A DNA stretch of 64,000 bases, from the NCBI GenBank assembly GCA_001029675.1, contig CP011210.1, positions 581,663 through 645,662 on the forward strand. Reading direction: 5' to 3'. Of this stretch, positions 29,605-39,789 are shown piece by piece. Under the pieces are notes generated by a model, which had not been told where the DNA came from, ran no database searches, and worked only from the letters and a program-made list of their open reading frames with translations. Source of the stretch: Candidatus Beckwithbacteria bacterium GW2011_GWC1_49_16 (GTDB lineage Bacteria; Patescibacteriota; Microgenomatia; UBA1400; CG1-02-47-37). The stretch's first letter is position 1. Each line of letters opens with the position of its first letter. The translations under genes were made by a program, and so were the position numbers.

Positions 29605-31446
29605 ATGTGCGGCATTGCCGGAATAATTAATCTTAACGGTCAGCCGGTGGAAGAAAAAGAAATTGGCTTGATGTGTCAGGCGATCGCCCATCGAGGGCCG
29701 GACGATCAGGGAATTTGGATCAAAGGACCGGTTGGTCTTGGTAACCGCCGCTTGTCGATTATTGATTTGAGTTCTGCCGGCAACCAACCGATCCACAACG
29801 AGGATAAAACTGTCTGGATCACTTTTAACGGCGAGATTTACAACTTTAAGGACTTGAGAAAAAACTTAGTCAAAAAAGGCCATAAGTTTTATTCCCAGAC
29901 CGATACTGAAGCCATCGTCCACCTGTGGGAAGAATATGGCCCTAACTGCGTTAAGTTTTTGCGGGGCCAGTTTGCTTTTGGCTTGTGGGATGACAAAAAA
30001 AAGATACTTTTTTTGGCCCGGGATCGGCTGGGGCAAAAACCTTTAAAGTATTATCTGACGGACAAAGAAATCATTTTTGCCTCAGAGCTGAAAGCGATTT
30101 TAAAAGTCAAAGGGGTTAAAAAGGAACTAGACCCGATAGCGGTGGATCATTTTTTCAGTTTGGAAGCGGTGCCGGCGCCTTTGACCGGCTTTGTCAACAT
30201 CAAAAAACTGCCGGCCGCCTCTTACCTGGTGGTTAAAAAGGGCCAGGCGACGATCAAGCGCTACTGGAAATTCAAGTTTCTTCCCAAACACAAACTGGGT
30301 CTTGACGAGTTGAACCAAGAGGTGGTGAGACGTTTGACCGAGGCAGTTGAACTGCGGTTGGTGGCTGACGTGCCGGTGGGGGCGTTTTTATCGGGTGGGG
30401 TCGACTCGTCTTCGATAGTAGCCTTGATGAAAAAACTGGGGCACAAAAACTTAAACACCTTTTCTGTCGGCTTTGAGGAAAAAGAGTTTAGCGAGTTGAA
30501 GTACGCCCGAATGGCGGCGAAAAAGTTTGGCACCAGTCACCACGAGATACTTTTGCGGCCGGATAGTTTTTCCTGGCTAGAAAAGCTGGCTTACCATTAC
30601 GAAGAGCCCTATGGCGACCCGTCGGCTTTACCGACGTACTTGGTCAGTAAGCTGGCGGCCAAGAAATTAAAAGTGGTGTTAAACGGGGACGGGGGCGATG
30701 ACATTTTTGCCGGCTACCAGCGCTACCAAAAGTTTGGGGCGATAAATTTAATCAGCCGCTTACTGCCAAACTGGTCGAGGCGCCTGGCTAAAAATCTAAT
30801 GCCGCCGACGCTGGCCGATCTTTTAAGCCAGCCGGGTTTTGGAGAATACGCGGCCGCTTACCTGGGTTTGACTTCGCCGGTCAACTTTAAGAAACAGCTT
30901 TACTCAAAAGAATTTTATATGCGAATCGATCCCCTATCGGGACAAAAATTGATCTTAAAACAAAAACTGCCGGGCTTGACCCCCCTGGACAACGTCTTGC
31001 TGGCAGACCTAAACATCTACCTGAGTCAGGTGCTTTTGCCTAAAGTGGATATTGCCTCAATGGCCCATGGCCTGGAAGTGCGCTCACCGTTTCTTGACCA
31101 TATTTTGGTCAACTTCGTCAATCAAATTCCGTCGGAGTTGAAGCTAAGGCGGGGCGTGGGCAAGTATATTTTTAAAAAAGCAGTCGAGGGCTTAGTGCCT
31201 GACGAGATTATCAACCGGCCCAAAATGGGTTTTGGATTTCCGCTGGGAAGCTGGCTTAGAAACCAATGGCAAGACGGGGTTAAAGATGTGCTTTTGAATG
31301 AAAAAGCCTTGTCTAGGCAGTACCTAAACCAAGAAGTCGTCAAACAAATGATAGAAAAACCGCTTGAGGGGGAACACTACGACCGGAGATTGTGGCGGGT
31401 GTTGATGTTTGAACTGTGGCTGAAGAGTTATTTTGGCAGGAAGTAA
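29605..31446 (+). CDS. asnB: Asparagine synthase (glutamine-hydrolysing) family amidotransferase, probably glycan-amidating
   Basis: MCGIAG, HRGPD, RLSIID, LSGGVDSS, GDGGD and RSPFLD motifs. Confidence 0.92.
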   Translation: MCGIAGIINLNGQPVEEKEIGLMCQAIAHRGPDDQGIWIKGPVGLGNRRLSIIDLSSAGNQPIHNEDKTVWITFNGEIYNFKDLRKNLVKKGHKFYSQTDTEAIVHLWEEYGPNCVKFLRGQFAFGLWDDKKKILFLARDRLGQKPLKYYLTDKEIIFASELKAILKVKGVKKELDPIAVDHFFSLEAVPAPLTGFVNIKKLPAASYLVVKKGQATIKRYWKFKFLPKHKLGLDELNQEVVRRLTEAVELRLVADVPVGAFLSGGVDSSSIVALMKKLGHKNLNTFSVGFEEKEFSELKYARMAAKKFGTSHHEILLRPDSFSWLEKLAYHYEEPYGDPSALPTYLVSKLAAKKLKVVLNGDGGDDIFAGYQRYQKFGAINLISRLLPNWSRRLAKNLMPPTLADLLSQPGFGEYAAAYLGLTSPVNFKKQLYSKEFYMRIDPLSGQKLILKQKLPGLTPLDNVLLADLNIYLSQVLLPKVDIASMAHGLEVRSPFLDHILVNFVNQIPSELKLRRGVGKYIFKKAVEGLVPDEIINRPKMGFGFPLGSWLRNQWQDGVKDVLLNEKALSRQYLNQEVVKQMIEKPLEGEHYDRRLWRVLMFELWLKSYFGRK

Positions 31447-32852
31447 ATTTCCACGCCGTAGTCGTCCAGGCTGTCACCGGCCAGTTTTTGGGCCCGAGTC
31501 TTGATGTAGCCTATGGTTTCTGGTTCAAGGCGGACGGCTTTTTCTTTTTCCCAAGTGATAAAAGTGCCGGGAGCCAGGGTGGCCGCGTCGGTGGCGGTTA
31601 AATCCAAGATTTGGGTTTGGCCGGGCAGGTCTTTTAAGTAGTAGTCTCTGACTTGGACACCGGCGATTTGGTCGCCCGCCTCAAAACGGTCAAGAATCAA
31701 CTGGTAGGCAGACCTTAGCTGGGATCTGTCGTCTCGACCAAAATACAAATACCTGACGCCTCCGGCCAAACGCCAAAGGGAGAAAAAAATCAACGCCGAC
31801 CAAGTCAAAACGATCAAAGGCCGGCTGCGTTCAAAAAGAAGCTTGGCGGAGATAAGCGCCAAAAGTAAAATCAATGGCAGCAGGTGGGCCAGGTAAGCTG
31901 ACGCCGGTGGCAGTTTACTGAAAAAAATTAAAAAGACCAAGCTGGTAAAAACAATTAGGCTCAAGTAGGCGGTTTTGGGGCGAGTTACCAGTTTTGGCAA
32001 AGCCAAAACCACCAGGACAAACTCCGGCATAAAACTTAAATACTGCCAGTAAGGTTGATGGAGAGAAATAAAGTAGGGGTGGAAAAAGTTTATTCCCGAG
32101 TAAAGACTAAAGCCTGCTAGCAGCAGCAGCGCGGCCAAAAGCCACCAGAAAAGCTTCCGGCCATAAAAGAAACTGTAGATCAAAAGCGCTGCCGGCAAAA
32201 GCAGAGTCAAAAGCTGGAGCCAGTAGGAAAAAAGCAACAATAACCCGGCAGCCAGCCAGAGCTTGGGGTTTTTGGGTTTTTTGATCAACTTGAAAATAAA
32301 GTAGACCGCACCCAAGAAAACCAACCCAAACAGAGAATAGAAACGAGCGTAGCGGCTTAGATCGATCAGGGGGAAAGAGACGGCGACAAGAAAACTCAAA
32401 AGCAAAGCCAGTTTTTTTGAGCCGGTGAAAAAGCGGGCAAAAAAGTAGCTAAAACCAACCAGGAGAGTGCCGGACAGAACCGCGATAAGGCGAGAAGTAA
32501 ACTCGGAGATACCAAAAGTGTAATAGACGCCAGCCAGAGCGGTTAAGTAGGGCCAGGCCCGAGCGTAGTGAGTATCGCTGGGAGCGTCTTTGACAAAATC
32601 CCACAAATAAATTTCGCTGACTAGGTTGGGGATGGTTTCGTTGTTTAAAACCAGAGCCAAAAATCTTGACTTAAGGGTCTTAGGGGTGTGACGGCAGTTG
32701 GCGCTATCCTGCCAGCAGTAAGTCAAGTAGGCGGCGGCTTTAAGGCTGGTGAACTCTTCCTCTTTAAAATCGGGCTGGCCAACTCTAAATAATCTTAAAA
32801 ACAAAGCCAAAAGGGTGATGGCGATGAGGATCAGTTTGGTGCTTCTGGCCAT
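31428..32852 (-). CDS. GT-C fold membrane glycosyltransferase
   Basis: DFKEEE after TM1, FGISEFTSR and SRYARFYS motifs. Confidence 0.8.
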   Translation of the reverse strand: MARSTKLILIAITLLALFLRLFRVGQPDFKEEEFTSLKAAAYLTYCWQDSANCRHTPKTLKSRFLALVLNNETIPNLVSEIYLWDFVKDAPSDTHYARAWPYLTALAGVYYTFGISEFTSRLIAVLSGTLLVGFSYFFARFFTGSKKLALLLSFLVAVSFPLIDLSRYARFYSLFGLVFLGAVYFIFKLIKKPKNPKLWLAAGLLLLFSYWLQLLTLLLPAALLIYSFFYGRKLFWWLLAALLLLAGFSLYSGINFFHPYFISLHQPYWQYLSFMPEFVLVVLALPKLVTRPKTAYLSLIVFTSLVFLIFFSKLPPASAYLAHLLPLILLLALISAKLLFERSRPLIVLTWSALIFFSLWRLAGGVRYLYFGRDDRSQLRSAYQLILDRFEAGDQIAGVQVRDYYLKDLPGQTQILDLTATDAATLAPGTFITWEKEKAVRLEPETIGYIKTRAQKLAGDSLDDYGVEIYFLPK

Positions 32853-32872
32853 ACGTCTAGTATAATTAGGCC
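32853..32872. promoter_or_regulatory. Overlapping bidirectional -10 boxes, each 6 nt from an ATG
   Basis: Plus strand TATAAT-taggcc-ATG(32873); minus strand TATACT-agacgt-ATG(32852). Confidence 0.65.
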
Positions 32873-34075
32873 ATGGCTAAACTGAAACCGGCAATTGTTG
32901 AAGGCAGGCCCCAACGAGGCAAGTTTTTGATTTTCGGCGCGCCGCGGTTTTTTAAGGCGGAACTGACAGAAATGCTCGATACCATCCGCTCGGGCTGGTG
33001 GGGTACGGGGCCAAAGGTGGCCCAGTTTGAGTCAGACTTTGCCCGCTACGCCCACACAGCTCATGCGGTGGGGGTAAATTCAGCCACGGCGGCGATGCAC
33101 CTGGGGCTGGATATCCTGGGAGTCGGCCCGGGCGATGAAGTCATCACCACACCGCTGACCTTTGTTTCCACTGCCAATGTCATCGAGCACGTCGGCGCCA
33201 AAGTGGTCTTTGCCGATGTTGATCGAACCACGGGCAACATTGATCCGGTTGAGATTGGCAAGAAAATAACCAAAAAAACCCGGGCGATCATTCCGGTCGA
33301 CCTTTACGGCCGGCCGGCAGATTATGGAGCAATCATGAAACTGGCCCGAAAACACAAACTCTATGTCATCGAGGACGCGGCCCACGCTACCGAGTCCTGG
33401 TATAAAGGCAAAAAAGTGGGTTCGATCGCCGACCTGACCGCTTTTTCTTTTTATGTAACCAAGAACGTGGCCACCGGCGAAGGCGGAATGTTGACCACCA
33501 ACAACAAATCCTGGGCAGACAAGGTTCGCGTCAGGCGGCTCCACGGCTTGTCGGCCGACGCCTGGAAGCGCTACTCGGCCGAAGGCTACCAGCCTTACGA
33601 GGGGGTGTATCCGGGCTACAAGTACAACATGATGGACATCCAGGCTTCTTTGGGGATTCACCAGTTAAAACGGGCAGAAAAGAACCTGAAAATCAGAAAC
33701 AGATACTGGAAAAAGTACACGTCTGCTTTCAAAAAACTTGACGGGGTGATACCGCCGGCGGCGGACGAGGTCAAAACGGTTCACGCTAGACATCTTTATG
33801 CGATAAATCTTGAGCTGGAGAAATTGAAGATAGGCAGAAATAAATTTATCGATGCTTTAAAAGCCGAAAACATCGGCGCCGGCATCCACTTTACCGCGCT
33901 TCATCTTCATAAGTTTTACAAAGATAAGTACGGCTTTAAAAAAGGTGATTTCCCCCATGCCGAGTGGATTGGAGAAAGAACCGTATCACTGCCCTTTTAC
34001 CCCCACATGAGCGAGAAAGACGTTGAGGATGTGATAGCTGCAGTGACCAAGATCGTTAACTTCTACCGAAAGTGA
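32873..34075 (+). CDS. DegT/DnrJ/EryC1/StrS PLP sugar aminotransferase (ArnB-like)
   Basis: EDAAHA and SFYVTKNVATGEGG with the catalytic Lys. Confidence 0.9.
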   Translation: MAKLKPAIVEGRPQRGKFLIFGAPRFFKAELTEMLDTIRSGWWGTGPKVAQFESDFARYAHTAHAVGVNSATAAMHLGLDILGVGPGDEVITTPLTFVSTANVIEHVGAKVVFADVDRTTGNIDPVEIGKKITKKTRAIIPVDLYGRPADYGAIMKLARKHKLYVIEDAAHATESWYKGKKVGSIADLTAFSFYVTKNVATGEGGMLTTNNKSWADKVRVRRLHGLSADAWKRYSAEGYQPYEGVYPGYKYNMMDIQASLGIHQLKRAEKNLKIRNRYWKKYTSAFKKLDGVIPPAADEVKTVHARHLYAINLELEKLKIGRNKFIDALKAENIGAGIHFTALHLHKFYKDKYGFKKGDFPHAEWIGERTVSLPFYPHMSEKDVEDVIAAVTKIVNFYRK

Positions 34076-35822
34076 TTTTTCCACCTCTAAGGTGGAAAAT
34101 GGTAAACAGTAGAGTAATTAGACTCAACCAGCCGGCTACTTGGCGTAAAGGGGTGGAGGTGAATTGGGCGGTGACGGTGTGGTTACCGGGGTCAACCTCA
34201 AAGACCATCATGCCATTGACATCATCGAGGTTGGCTTTGATTTGAGGGGTTAAGTCAATTGAGTCGGCGGAGATTTGCCAGCCGGGATAGTAGGCGGTGT
34301 TTAACCTTAAGCTGCTGGCCTGGCTGCAGTCGGCGCTGAAGGTTTGTAGGTTTGATTTAACGATCTGGTCGGCGACAGTGCAGTCACCGGAGAGGACTTC
34401 AAGCTTTTGGTCGGGGAAAGCTTGGGGCATATCTTTAACCCAGACGGGCAAGTGCTCGTTCCAGCCGGTGGCCACGCCGATGTAGCTTTCAAAAAACTTA
34501 TTATCATAAGCGCGGACTTCGTTAATCCGCAAGTGGTTGCGGTTGCCGTAGAGCGCCAGCGCTATCAGTAAACTGTAAACAGCAATCAGTAAACGGTGAT
34601 TTTTGACGGCTTTAACCAAAAAGCCGGCGGAGAGGGCGGCGGAAAATACGGCCAACGGCAAAAAAAGCCAGGGAATGCCGACGGTAGGCAATAAAGGCAA
34701 AAAATCCCAGACGGGTTGGGAAACTTGAAGCATTAAAAAGATGCTCAAAGAGAAGGCAATTAAAAAAGGCCAGAGTTTTCTGGTTAAAGTTTTGGGGCGA
34801 CGAAAGATTAGAGCGGCGGCAGCTAGGCCGACCGCTAGCCATTGGGCAATACCGACCTGTTGGGACACGGGATTGTTCCCCCATCCAGGAGCGTCTGTCC
34901 CCCACCGGGAATACAAAAGCCGTTTAAGAGAGACAAATTGCTCCGGATACTGACTCAAGACAAAGTCGTCAAAGTGAGTGTACTTGAGCTCCAAAAGCGC
35001 CGGCAGGATAAACCAAGCAGTCAGGCCAAGCGTTAACAGAAAACTTATACTCAAATACTTAAATGGTTTCCACTCCGGGAGAAATCTGCGGCCATTCCCG
35101 GAGTGACGGAGATGAGTCAAGATAAAAAAAACCACTAAGGGTAAAAAGACTATTGGGCTAATAAAGTTAGAAGAAAACCAAAACGAAACAACTAGACCTA
35201 GGTAGATAGATCGTTTCAAATTAGGCCTTTTTAGCAGCCGGTAGAGTAACAAAAAAGTCAAGGGAATAAAGGCAAAAGAGGTAACGGCCCCCAAGGCCGC
35301 GCCGATAAAGATTTTTTCAAAAATCGGTGGGGCCCAAGACCAGAGTAAAGCCGAGATAAAGCCGGCCCGGCGGGATTGCCAGTAGGTAGTGGCAAAATAG
35401 TACATGGCAATTGTGGAAATAAGATAGGCTAAAACAAAAGTTAGTTTTAAAGAGACGGCCAGGTTGAAGCCAGACAGATAAAAAGCTTCGGCGACAAAAT
35501 AAGGCAAAGGGTAGGCAAAAATAAACACCGGGTAGCCGCGGCCGGCAAGTAAGCCGCCAGCCCAGCGGGGCGGAACTTGGCCGTCTTTTAGAGCATTGTC
35601 AAACTGGTAGAGTCTGACAAGGTGGTTTTGGGCGTCGTGGCCGTCGTAAAAATCCGGTCCCCAAAAAGTCCTCATGGCAAAAAGGCCCAGGGCGAGCAAA
35701 ATAACAATAATAACCACACCCGGTGTGTGCCCCTCCAGAGGCGGGCAGGCGCGGCGCAACTCCACACCGGGTGTGAAAGCTTTTAGAGGTGGAAGTTTTA
35801 AGGCTTTCAGCTCCATACCCAA
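34056..35822 (-). CDS. YfhO-like / PTPS-related GT-C membrane protein
   Basis: GHD..NH..R, PPRWA, GRGYPVF.FAYPLPY and YYPGW motifs. Confidence 0.78.
   Translation of the reverse strand: MGMELKALKLPPLKAFTPGVELRRACPPLEGHTPGVVIIVILLALGLFAMRTFWGPDFYDGHDAQNHLVRLYQFDNALKDGQVPPRWAGGLLAGRGYPVFIFAYPLPYFVAEAFYLSGFNLAVSLKLTFVLAYLISTIAMYYFATTYWQSRRAGFISALLWSWAPPIFEKIFIGAALGAVTSFAFIPLTFLLLYRLLKRPNLKRSIYLGLVVSFWFSSNFISPIVFLPLVVFFILTHLRHSGNGRRFLPEWKPFKYLSISFLLTLGLTAWFILPALLELKYTHFDDFVLSQYPEQFVSLKRLLYSRWGTDAPGWGNNPVSQQVGIAQWLAVGLAAAALIFRRPKTLTRKLWPFLIAFSLSIFLMLQVSQPVWDFLPLLPTVGIPWLFLPLAVFSAALSAGFLVKAVKNHRLLIAVYSLLIALALYGNRNHLRINEVRAYDNKFFESYIGVATGWNEHLPVWVKDMPQAFPDQKLEVLSGDCTVADQIVKSNLQTFSADCSQASSLRLNTAYYPGWQISADSIDLTPQIKANLDDVNGMMVFEVDPGNHTVTAQFTSTPLRQVAGWLSLITLLFTIFHLRGGKITFGRS
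34077..34099. repeat. Hairpin TTTTCCACCT-CTA-AGGTGGAAAA (CAC-N7-GTG family); possible terminator for the convergent genes
   Basis: Perfect 10-bp arms, just after the stop of 32873..34075. Confidence 0.6.
34561..34595. repeat. Degenerate heptamer array within a CDS
   Basis: GCTATCA GTAAACT GTAAACA GCAATCA GTAAACG. Confidence 0.6.
35071..35105. repeat. Inverted pair CACTCCGGGA...TCCCGGAGTG within a CDS
   Basis: Perfect 10-bp arms, encoding a loop (HSGNGRRFLPEW) between TM helices. Confidence 0.6.
35715..35794. repeat. Cluster of CAC-N7-GTG palindromes at the 5' end of a CDS
   Basis: CACACCCGGTGTG (35715) and CACACCGGGTGTG (35763), plus TTAGAGGTGGAA (35783), the reverse complement of 34079-34090. 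Confidence 0.7.
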
Positions 35823-37222
35823 CCGAAGTATTGGTAAACGGTAGCCAGGCCGATCAAGTTAAGCCCAATGGCGGCGGCGATGATCAGGCGGGACAAAACC
35901 GGGTAGTGTTTTTTGGCGACTAGCTGACTTAAACCTAAAACCAAAAAAATCATCTGACCGGCGACTACCGGGAGTAAATAGCGGCCTTGGATGCCGTAGA
36001 TTTCTCCTGAAGCGGCAAAGATCTTAAAATCATTTAAGACCACCACTGCTAAATGCGATAAAACCACTAAGCCCAAAAAACCCACCTGGCGGCGGAAAAG
36101 TTTTGTTTGGCGGGCGAGTTTAAAGCCTAAAGCAGCCAGCCCGGCGGCGGCGGCCAGAACAACCAGTTTTAAAAGCCGGTAAACCCAAAGAGGCAAGGTG
36201 GCTTCCAGCCAGCCAAAAACGCCCCAGTACCAAGGGAAAACCTGGGCCAGATGCCCGGGAGCGGTGGCGGCTAAATAGTCTTTAAACTGAAAAAAGATTT
36301 TACCGGTAAACAAACTTTCGAGGAAAAATTGAGCGTGATAGGCGTATTCGTTGAGGTTGGTAAGATACAAAAGCTGGTTACTTAAAAAGTTATTGCTGGT
36401 TATCAGGCTGGTTAAGGCCGCGGGCAGAAGAGATAAAATGGCCACAAGAACAAAAATAGCCGGCAAGATGAGTTTAAGCCGGTTTTTTTTAACCAAAAAA
36501 ACTAGCGTAAATGGTAAGACGATTAAATCCGGTTTGATTAAAACAGCTAAAAACCCGGTTGCCAAAGACCATCTAAACCAAGGCCTTTTTCTGGTTTTAA
36601 GAAAATTTAGGCTCAAGAAAATAAAGGCGGTGGTAACCAGGACTGCCAAGGGGTCGTAATGGACGCCCACGCCGATAAAGCTTAGGGTGGGCTGGAAAGC
36701 AACCAGAGCCGCCGCGGCCATCGCTAGATCCAGACGTCTGAAAACTAACTGGGCGGTTTGATAGGCAAGGTAAACCGTGGCCAGCCCGGCTAAAACAGAA
36801 AAAAACCTGACCAAAAAAAAGCGCCAAAGAAATGATTGAGACTTGACACTCAAATAAAAGGGCGTGGCTAAAAAGTAGTAAAGCGGGGGGCGCTTTAAGG
36901 ATTTTTGTTGGCTGTTGGGAAGGAAAACCGACCGATCAGATTGAGGGATGTTTTTAATCGCTTTAATCCAATTAGATTGATAACCTAGCCAAACAGGGTG
37001 AACGATTTTCCAGTTAAAATTTACCAAACTGGAAACCGTCAAAGCTTCCTGAGAGGTAACTAATTCCCGGCGCGGGTGGGGCCTTCTGCCTTTTTCGGCT
37101 ATAAACTGGACGATGCTAAAATGGCTGGGTTCATCGGGAACTTGAAAGATGGGAGTTAATCCCATCCAGGCAAGACTTTTAATCAGGACGACCACCAGTA
37201 AAACTTTTAACGCTTTAGGCAT
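35807..37222 (-). CDS. GT-C fold membrane protein (DUF2142/GT39-like)
   Basis: TPIFQVPDEPSH, PPLYY, YWGVFGW and GIQGRY motifs. Likely start MPKALK at 37222. Confidence 0.78.
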   Translation of the reverse strand: MPKALKVLLVVVLIKSLAWMGLTPIFQVPDEPSHFSIVQFIAEKGRRPHPRRELVTSQEALTVSSLVNFNWKIVHPVWLGYQSNWIKAIKNIPQSDRSVFLPNSQQKSLKRPPLYYFLATPFYLSVKSQSFLWRFFLVRFFSVLAGLATVYLAYQTAQLVFRRLDLAMAAAALVAFQPTLSFIGVGVHYDPLAVLVTTAFIFLSLNFLKTRKRPWFRWSLATGFLAVLIKPDLIVLPFTLVFLVKKNRLKLILPAIFVLVAILSLLPAALTSLITSNNFLSNQLLYLTNLNEYAYHAQFFLESLFTGKIFFQFKDYLAATAPGHLAQVFPWYWGVFGWLEATLPLWVYRLLKLVVLAAAAGLAALGFKLARQTKLFRRQVGFLGLVVLSHLAVVVLNDFKIFAASGEIYGIQGRYLLPVVAGQMIFLVLGLSQLVAKKHYPVLSRLIIAAAIGLNLIGLATVYQYFGWVWS

Positions 37223-38799
37223 TTTTGGGTGAGTTTGACGCTTAATAAAATTATACTCGCCAGATAAGCGAAAAGAACCGGGGCTAACCAAATTCCTTTG
37301 GCAAAAAAGGGTTTGTATTGGCTAGCCTGGATGATAAAAACGCTTAAACTGGTAACATCATAGTAGGCGCTGGCGACGACAAACAAGGCAATTAGATTAA
37401 GAGCCAAAAACCAGAGGGATAAAATTAACAGCCAGTATCGGGCGACCCGACGGCCAAAAAGAGCAAAAACGGAATTTACCCCCACTGCCAACAAAATCAT
37501 CTGGGCGGAGATGACCGGGAAGTAGTAACGGCCCTGGACGCCGAAAGAAAAGCCGTTGTTTCTGGTAAAGGAAAAGTCCCAGATAAAAAGAGATAAAAAA
37601 TAACCTAAGGCGGCCCACGCAGTCAGGCCTAAAAGAAGAGTTTGTTTGGTCCATTGTTTATTTTTAATTATGGAAATTAGCTTAATCATTAAGCCCAGGC
37701 CGGAAATTGCCAAAAGGCGCATCAGGATGCGGTTGATGGCTCGAGGCAAAACCACCCCCAGCCAGTTAAAGACTCCCCAATACCAAGGTAAAACTTCACG
37801 GACGGTGTGGGTCAACGTTGCTTTAAAATGCTGCCATAAAGTCAGATCGGGTAAAACCCGATCGGCCCTAACTTTAAAAGTCAAATAGGGCAACTGGCCG
37901 CTAAAGAATATTGCCAGCAAATTTTTGGTTCTGGCCGGAGACAAGACTAAGGCCACTAGTAAAACCAAAGGCAACAAGGCTAGATACTGAAGCGTTTTTT
38001 TCCTGTTTTTGATCAAAGCGGCCACCAGTGCCGGTACAACCAGGGTGAAGGCGATAAAAAACTGCTGTTTGTTAATTAGCCCAACCCCCAGGACTAAACT
38101 CAACCAGAGAAAGTCTCTGCGCCGCGGCAAGGCGGCAATTTTAAGCGAGAGATAAATGACGGCGGTATAGAGAAGGTTATGGAGATTGTCGCTGGTGACG
38201 CCGGCGGAAACAAAACTTAACATGGGGTGGAAACCGGCCAAAATGGCAGAAGTTAGAACCAGAAACTGATTTTGAGGAAAAATGAGTTTAGCGGTTAAGT
38301 AAACCAGCCAAACCATGAGCAGATGAGCGGCTAGCCAAAAGAGCCGGACGGCAAAGACGCGGACAAAAAGGTCGGCTGGGTAAAAAAATTTATAAACCAG
38401 CGCCGAGACTTGATAGAAAAAGTGAGGGTAGTAGGCAGACTCGCGGATGACAAAATTTTTCCGCGTAGAGAGGGGCAGAGATTTTATTTCTTCCTCTTGG
38501 GGGCCGGTTAAATTGTCTGAATAAGGCAGACGGTACTCGGGGTGAAAAGTAAACTTATTGTTGCCCTTTTCATCTCTTTTAGTGCCCAGGATAGTGAGTG
38601 AAGTATAGATTTCTTCGGTCATGTCCGGGTAGCGGCCGTGGCGGGTTAACTCCCCGCCTTCGGCGATAAAAGCCACATGGCCAAAGTGGGCCTGCTCGTC
38701 GGGAAAGTGCCACAAGGGCACCAAGAGCGACCAGGCAAGGAATTTGATTACCACGGCTAACCAAACTACATTAATCACCCTTGATTTTTTCAATGTCAT
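37207..38799 (-). CDS. GT-C fold membrane protein (DUF2142/GT39-like), paralog of its neighbour
   Basis: VPLWHFPDEQAH, YWGVFNW and GVQGRY motifs. Confidence 0.78.
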   Translation of the reverse strand: MTLKKSRVINVVWLAVVIKFLAWSLLVPLWHFPDEQAHFGHVAFIAEGGELTRHGRYPDMTEEIYTSLTILGTKRDEKGNNKFTFHPEYRLPYSDNLTGPQEEEIKSLPLSTRKNFVIRESAYYPHFFYQVSALVYKFFYPADLFVRVFAVRLFWLAAHLLMVWLVYLTAKLIFPQNQFLVLTSAILAGFHPMLSFVSAGVTSDNLHNLLYTAVIYLSLKIAALPRRRDFLWLSLVLGVGLINKQQFFIAFTLVVPALVAALIKNRKKTLQYLALLPLVLLVALVLSPARTKNLLAIFFSGQLPYLTFKVRADRVLPDLTLWQHFKATLTHTVREVLPWYWGVFNWLGVVLPRAINRILMRLLAISGLGLMIKLISIIKNKQWTKQTLLLGLTAWAALGYFLSLFIWDFSFTRNNGFSFGVQGRYYFPVISAQMILLAVGVNSVFALFGRRVARYWLLILSLWFLALNLIALFVVASAYYDVTSLSVFIIQASQYKPFFAKGIWLAPVLFAYLASIILLSVKLTQKCLKR

Positions 38800-38853
38800 G
38801 GTAAAATTATATACTGGCGTGAGCCAAAAACTAAATTCAGTGACTTGGCCCTT

Positions 38854-39789
38854 ATGAAATTAAAATCTCTTTCAATAGTTGTACCCATTTTCAACGAGGC
38901 GGAAAGCATCATCCCTTTGTGCGATCAACTAACCGAAAACCTCAAGGTCTCAAGAACAAAATACGAAATTATTTTGGTCAATGACGGGAGCAACGACGGC
39001 AGCCAAGAAAAGATTGATGCTTGTAAAAAAACCTGGCAAAATGTGGTCGGCCTAAGGCTAAAAAGGAACTTAGGCAAAGCTGCGGCTCTACAGCTCGGTT
39101 TTGCAAAAGCTAAAAATGAAGTAATTGTAACTATGGACGGAGATTTACAAGATGATCCTAAAGAACTCAAAAAGTTACTTGTCAAACTTGATCTAGGCTA
39201 TGATTTGGTTATTGGCTGGAAAAAAAACCGCCAAGATTCTTTCACTAAGCGTCTTAGCTCAAGGCTTTTTAACTTGATAACCAACTTAATCTTCCGGCTT
39301 AACCTTCATGACTATAACAGCGGCTACAAAGCGTTTCGGGCAGAGTCGATTAAAAGAATTAGATTTTACGGAGAGTTACACCGCTTTATTCCAATCTTAG
39401 TGGCAGATAAAGGCTACCTAGTAACTGAGGTTCCGGTACATCACAGAAAAAGAAAATTTGGTAAATCGAAATACGGGTCCGGGAGATTTTTCCACGGCCT
39501 TTTTGATTTGACAACAGTTTTATTTTTAACTAAATTTCGCTTTAGACCACTCCATCTATTTGGTTATGTGGGGCTGGTATTTTTCCTTTTAGGAACCATT
39601 GGTGGTGGCTACTTAACTTGGCTTAAGTTTGTTTACGGTCAGGCAATTGGGCAACGACCGCTGCTGCTTTTAAGCTCGCTGTTGATTATCGTCGGCATTC
39701 AAATCGGGATTACTGGACTTTTAGGGGAATTGATTGTGGCTACGTTTTTAAAAGATGAACACCAGGAACTATCAGAAACACACCAGTAA
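38854..39789 (+). CDS. ArnC/GtrB-like polyprenol-phosphate GT2 with 2 C-terminal TMs
   Basis: PIFNEAE, MDGDLQDDP, HDYNSGYK, YGELHRFIP and RPLHLFG motifs. ATG at 38854. Confidence 0.9.
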   Translation: MKLKSLSIVVPIFNEAESIIPLCDQLTENLKVSRTKYEIILVNDGSNDGSQEKIDACKKTWQNVVGLRLKRNLGKAAALQLGFAKAKNEVIVTMDGDLQDDPKELKKLLVKLDLGYDLVIGWKKNRQDSFTKRLSSRLFNLITNLIFRLNLHDYNSGYKAFRAESIKRIRFYGELHRFIPILVADKGYLVTEVPVHHRKRKFGKSKYGSGRFFHGLFDLTTVLFLTKFRFRPLHLFGYVGLVFFLLGTIGGGYLTWLKFVYGQAIGQRPLLLLSSLLIIVGIQIGITGLLGELIVATFLKDEHQELSETHQ

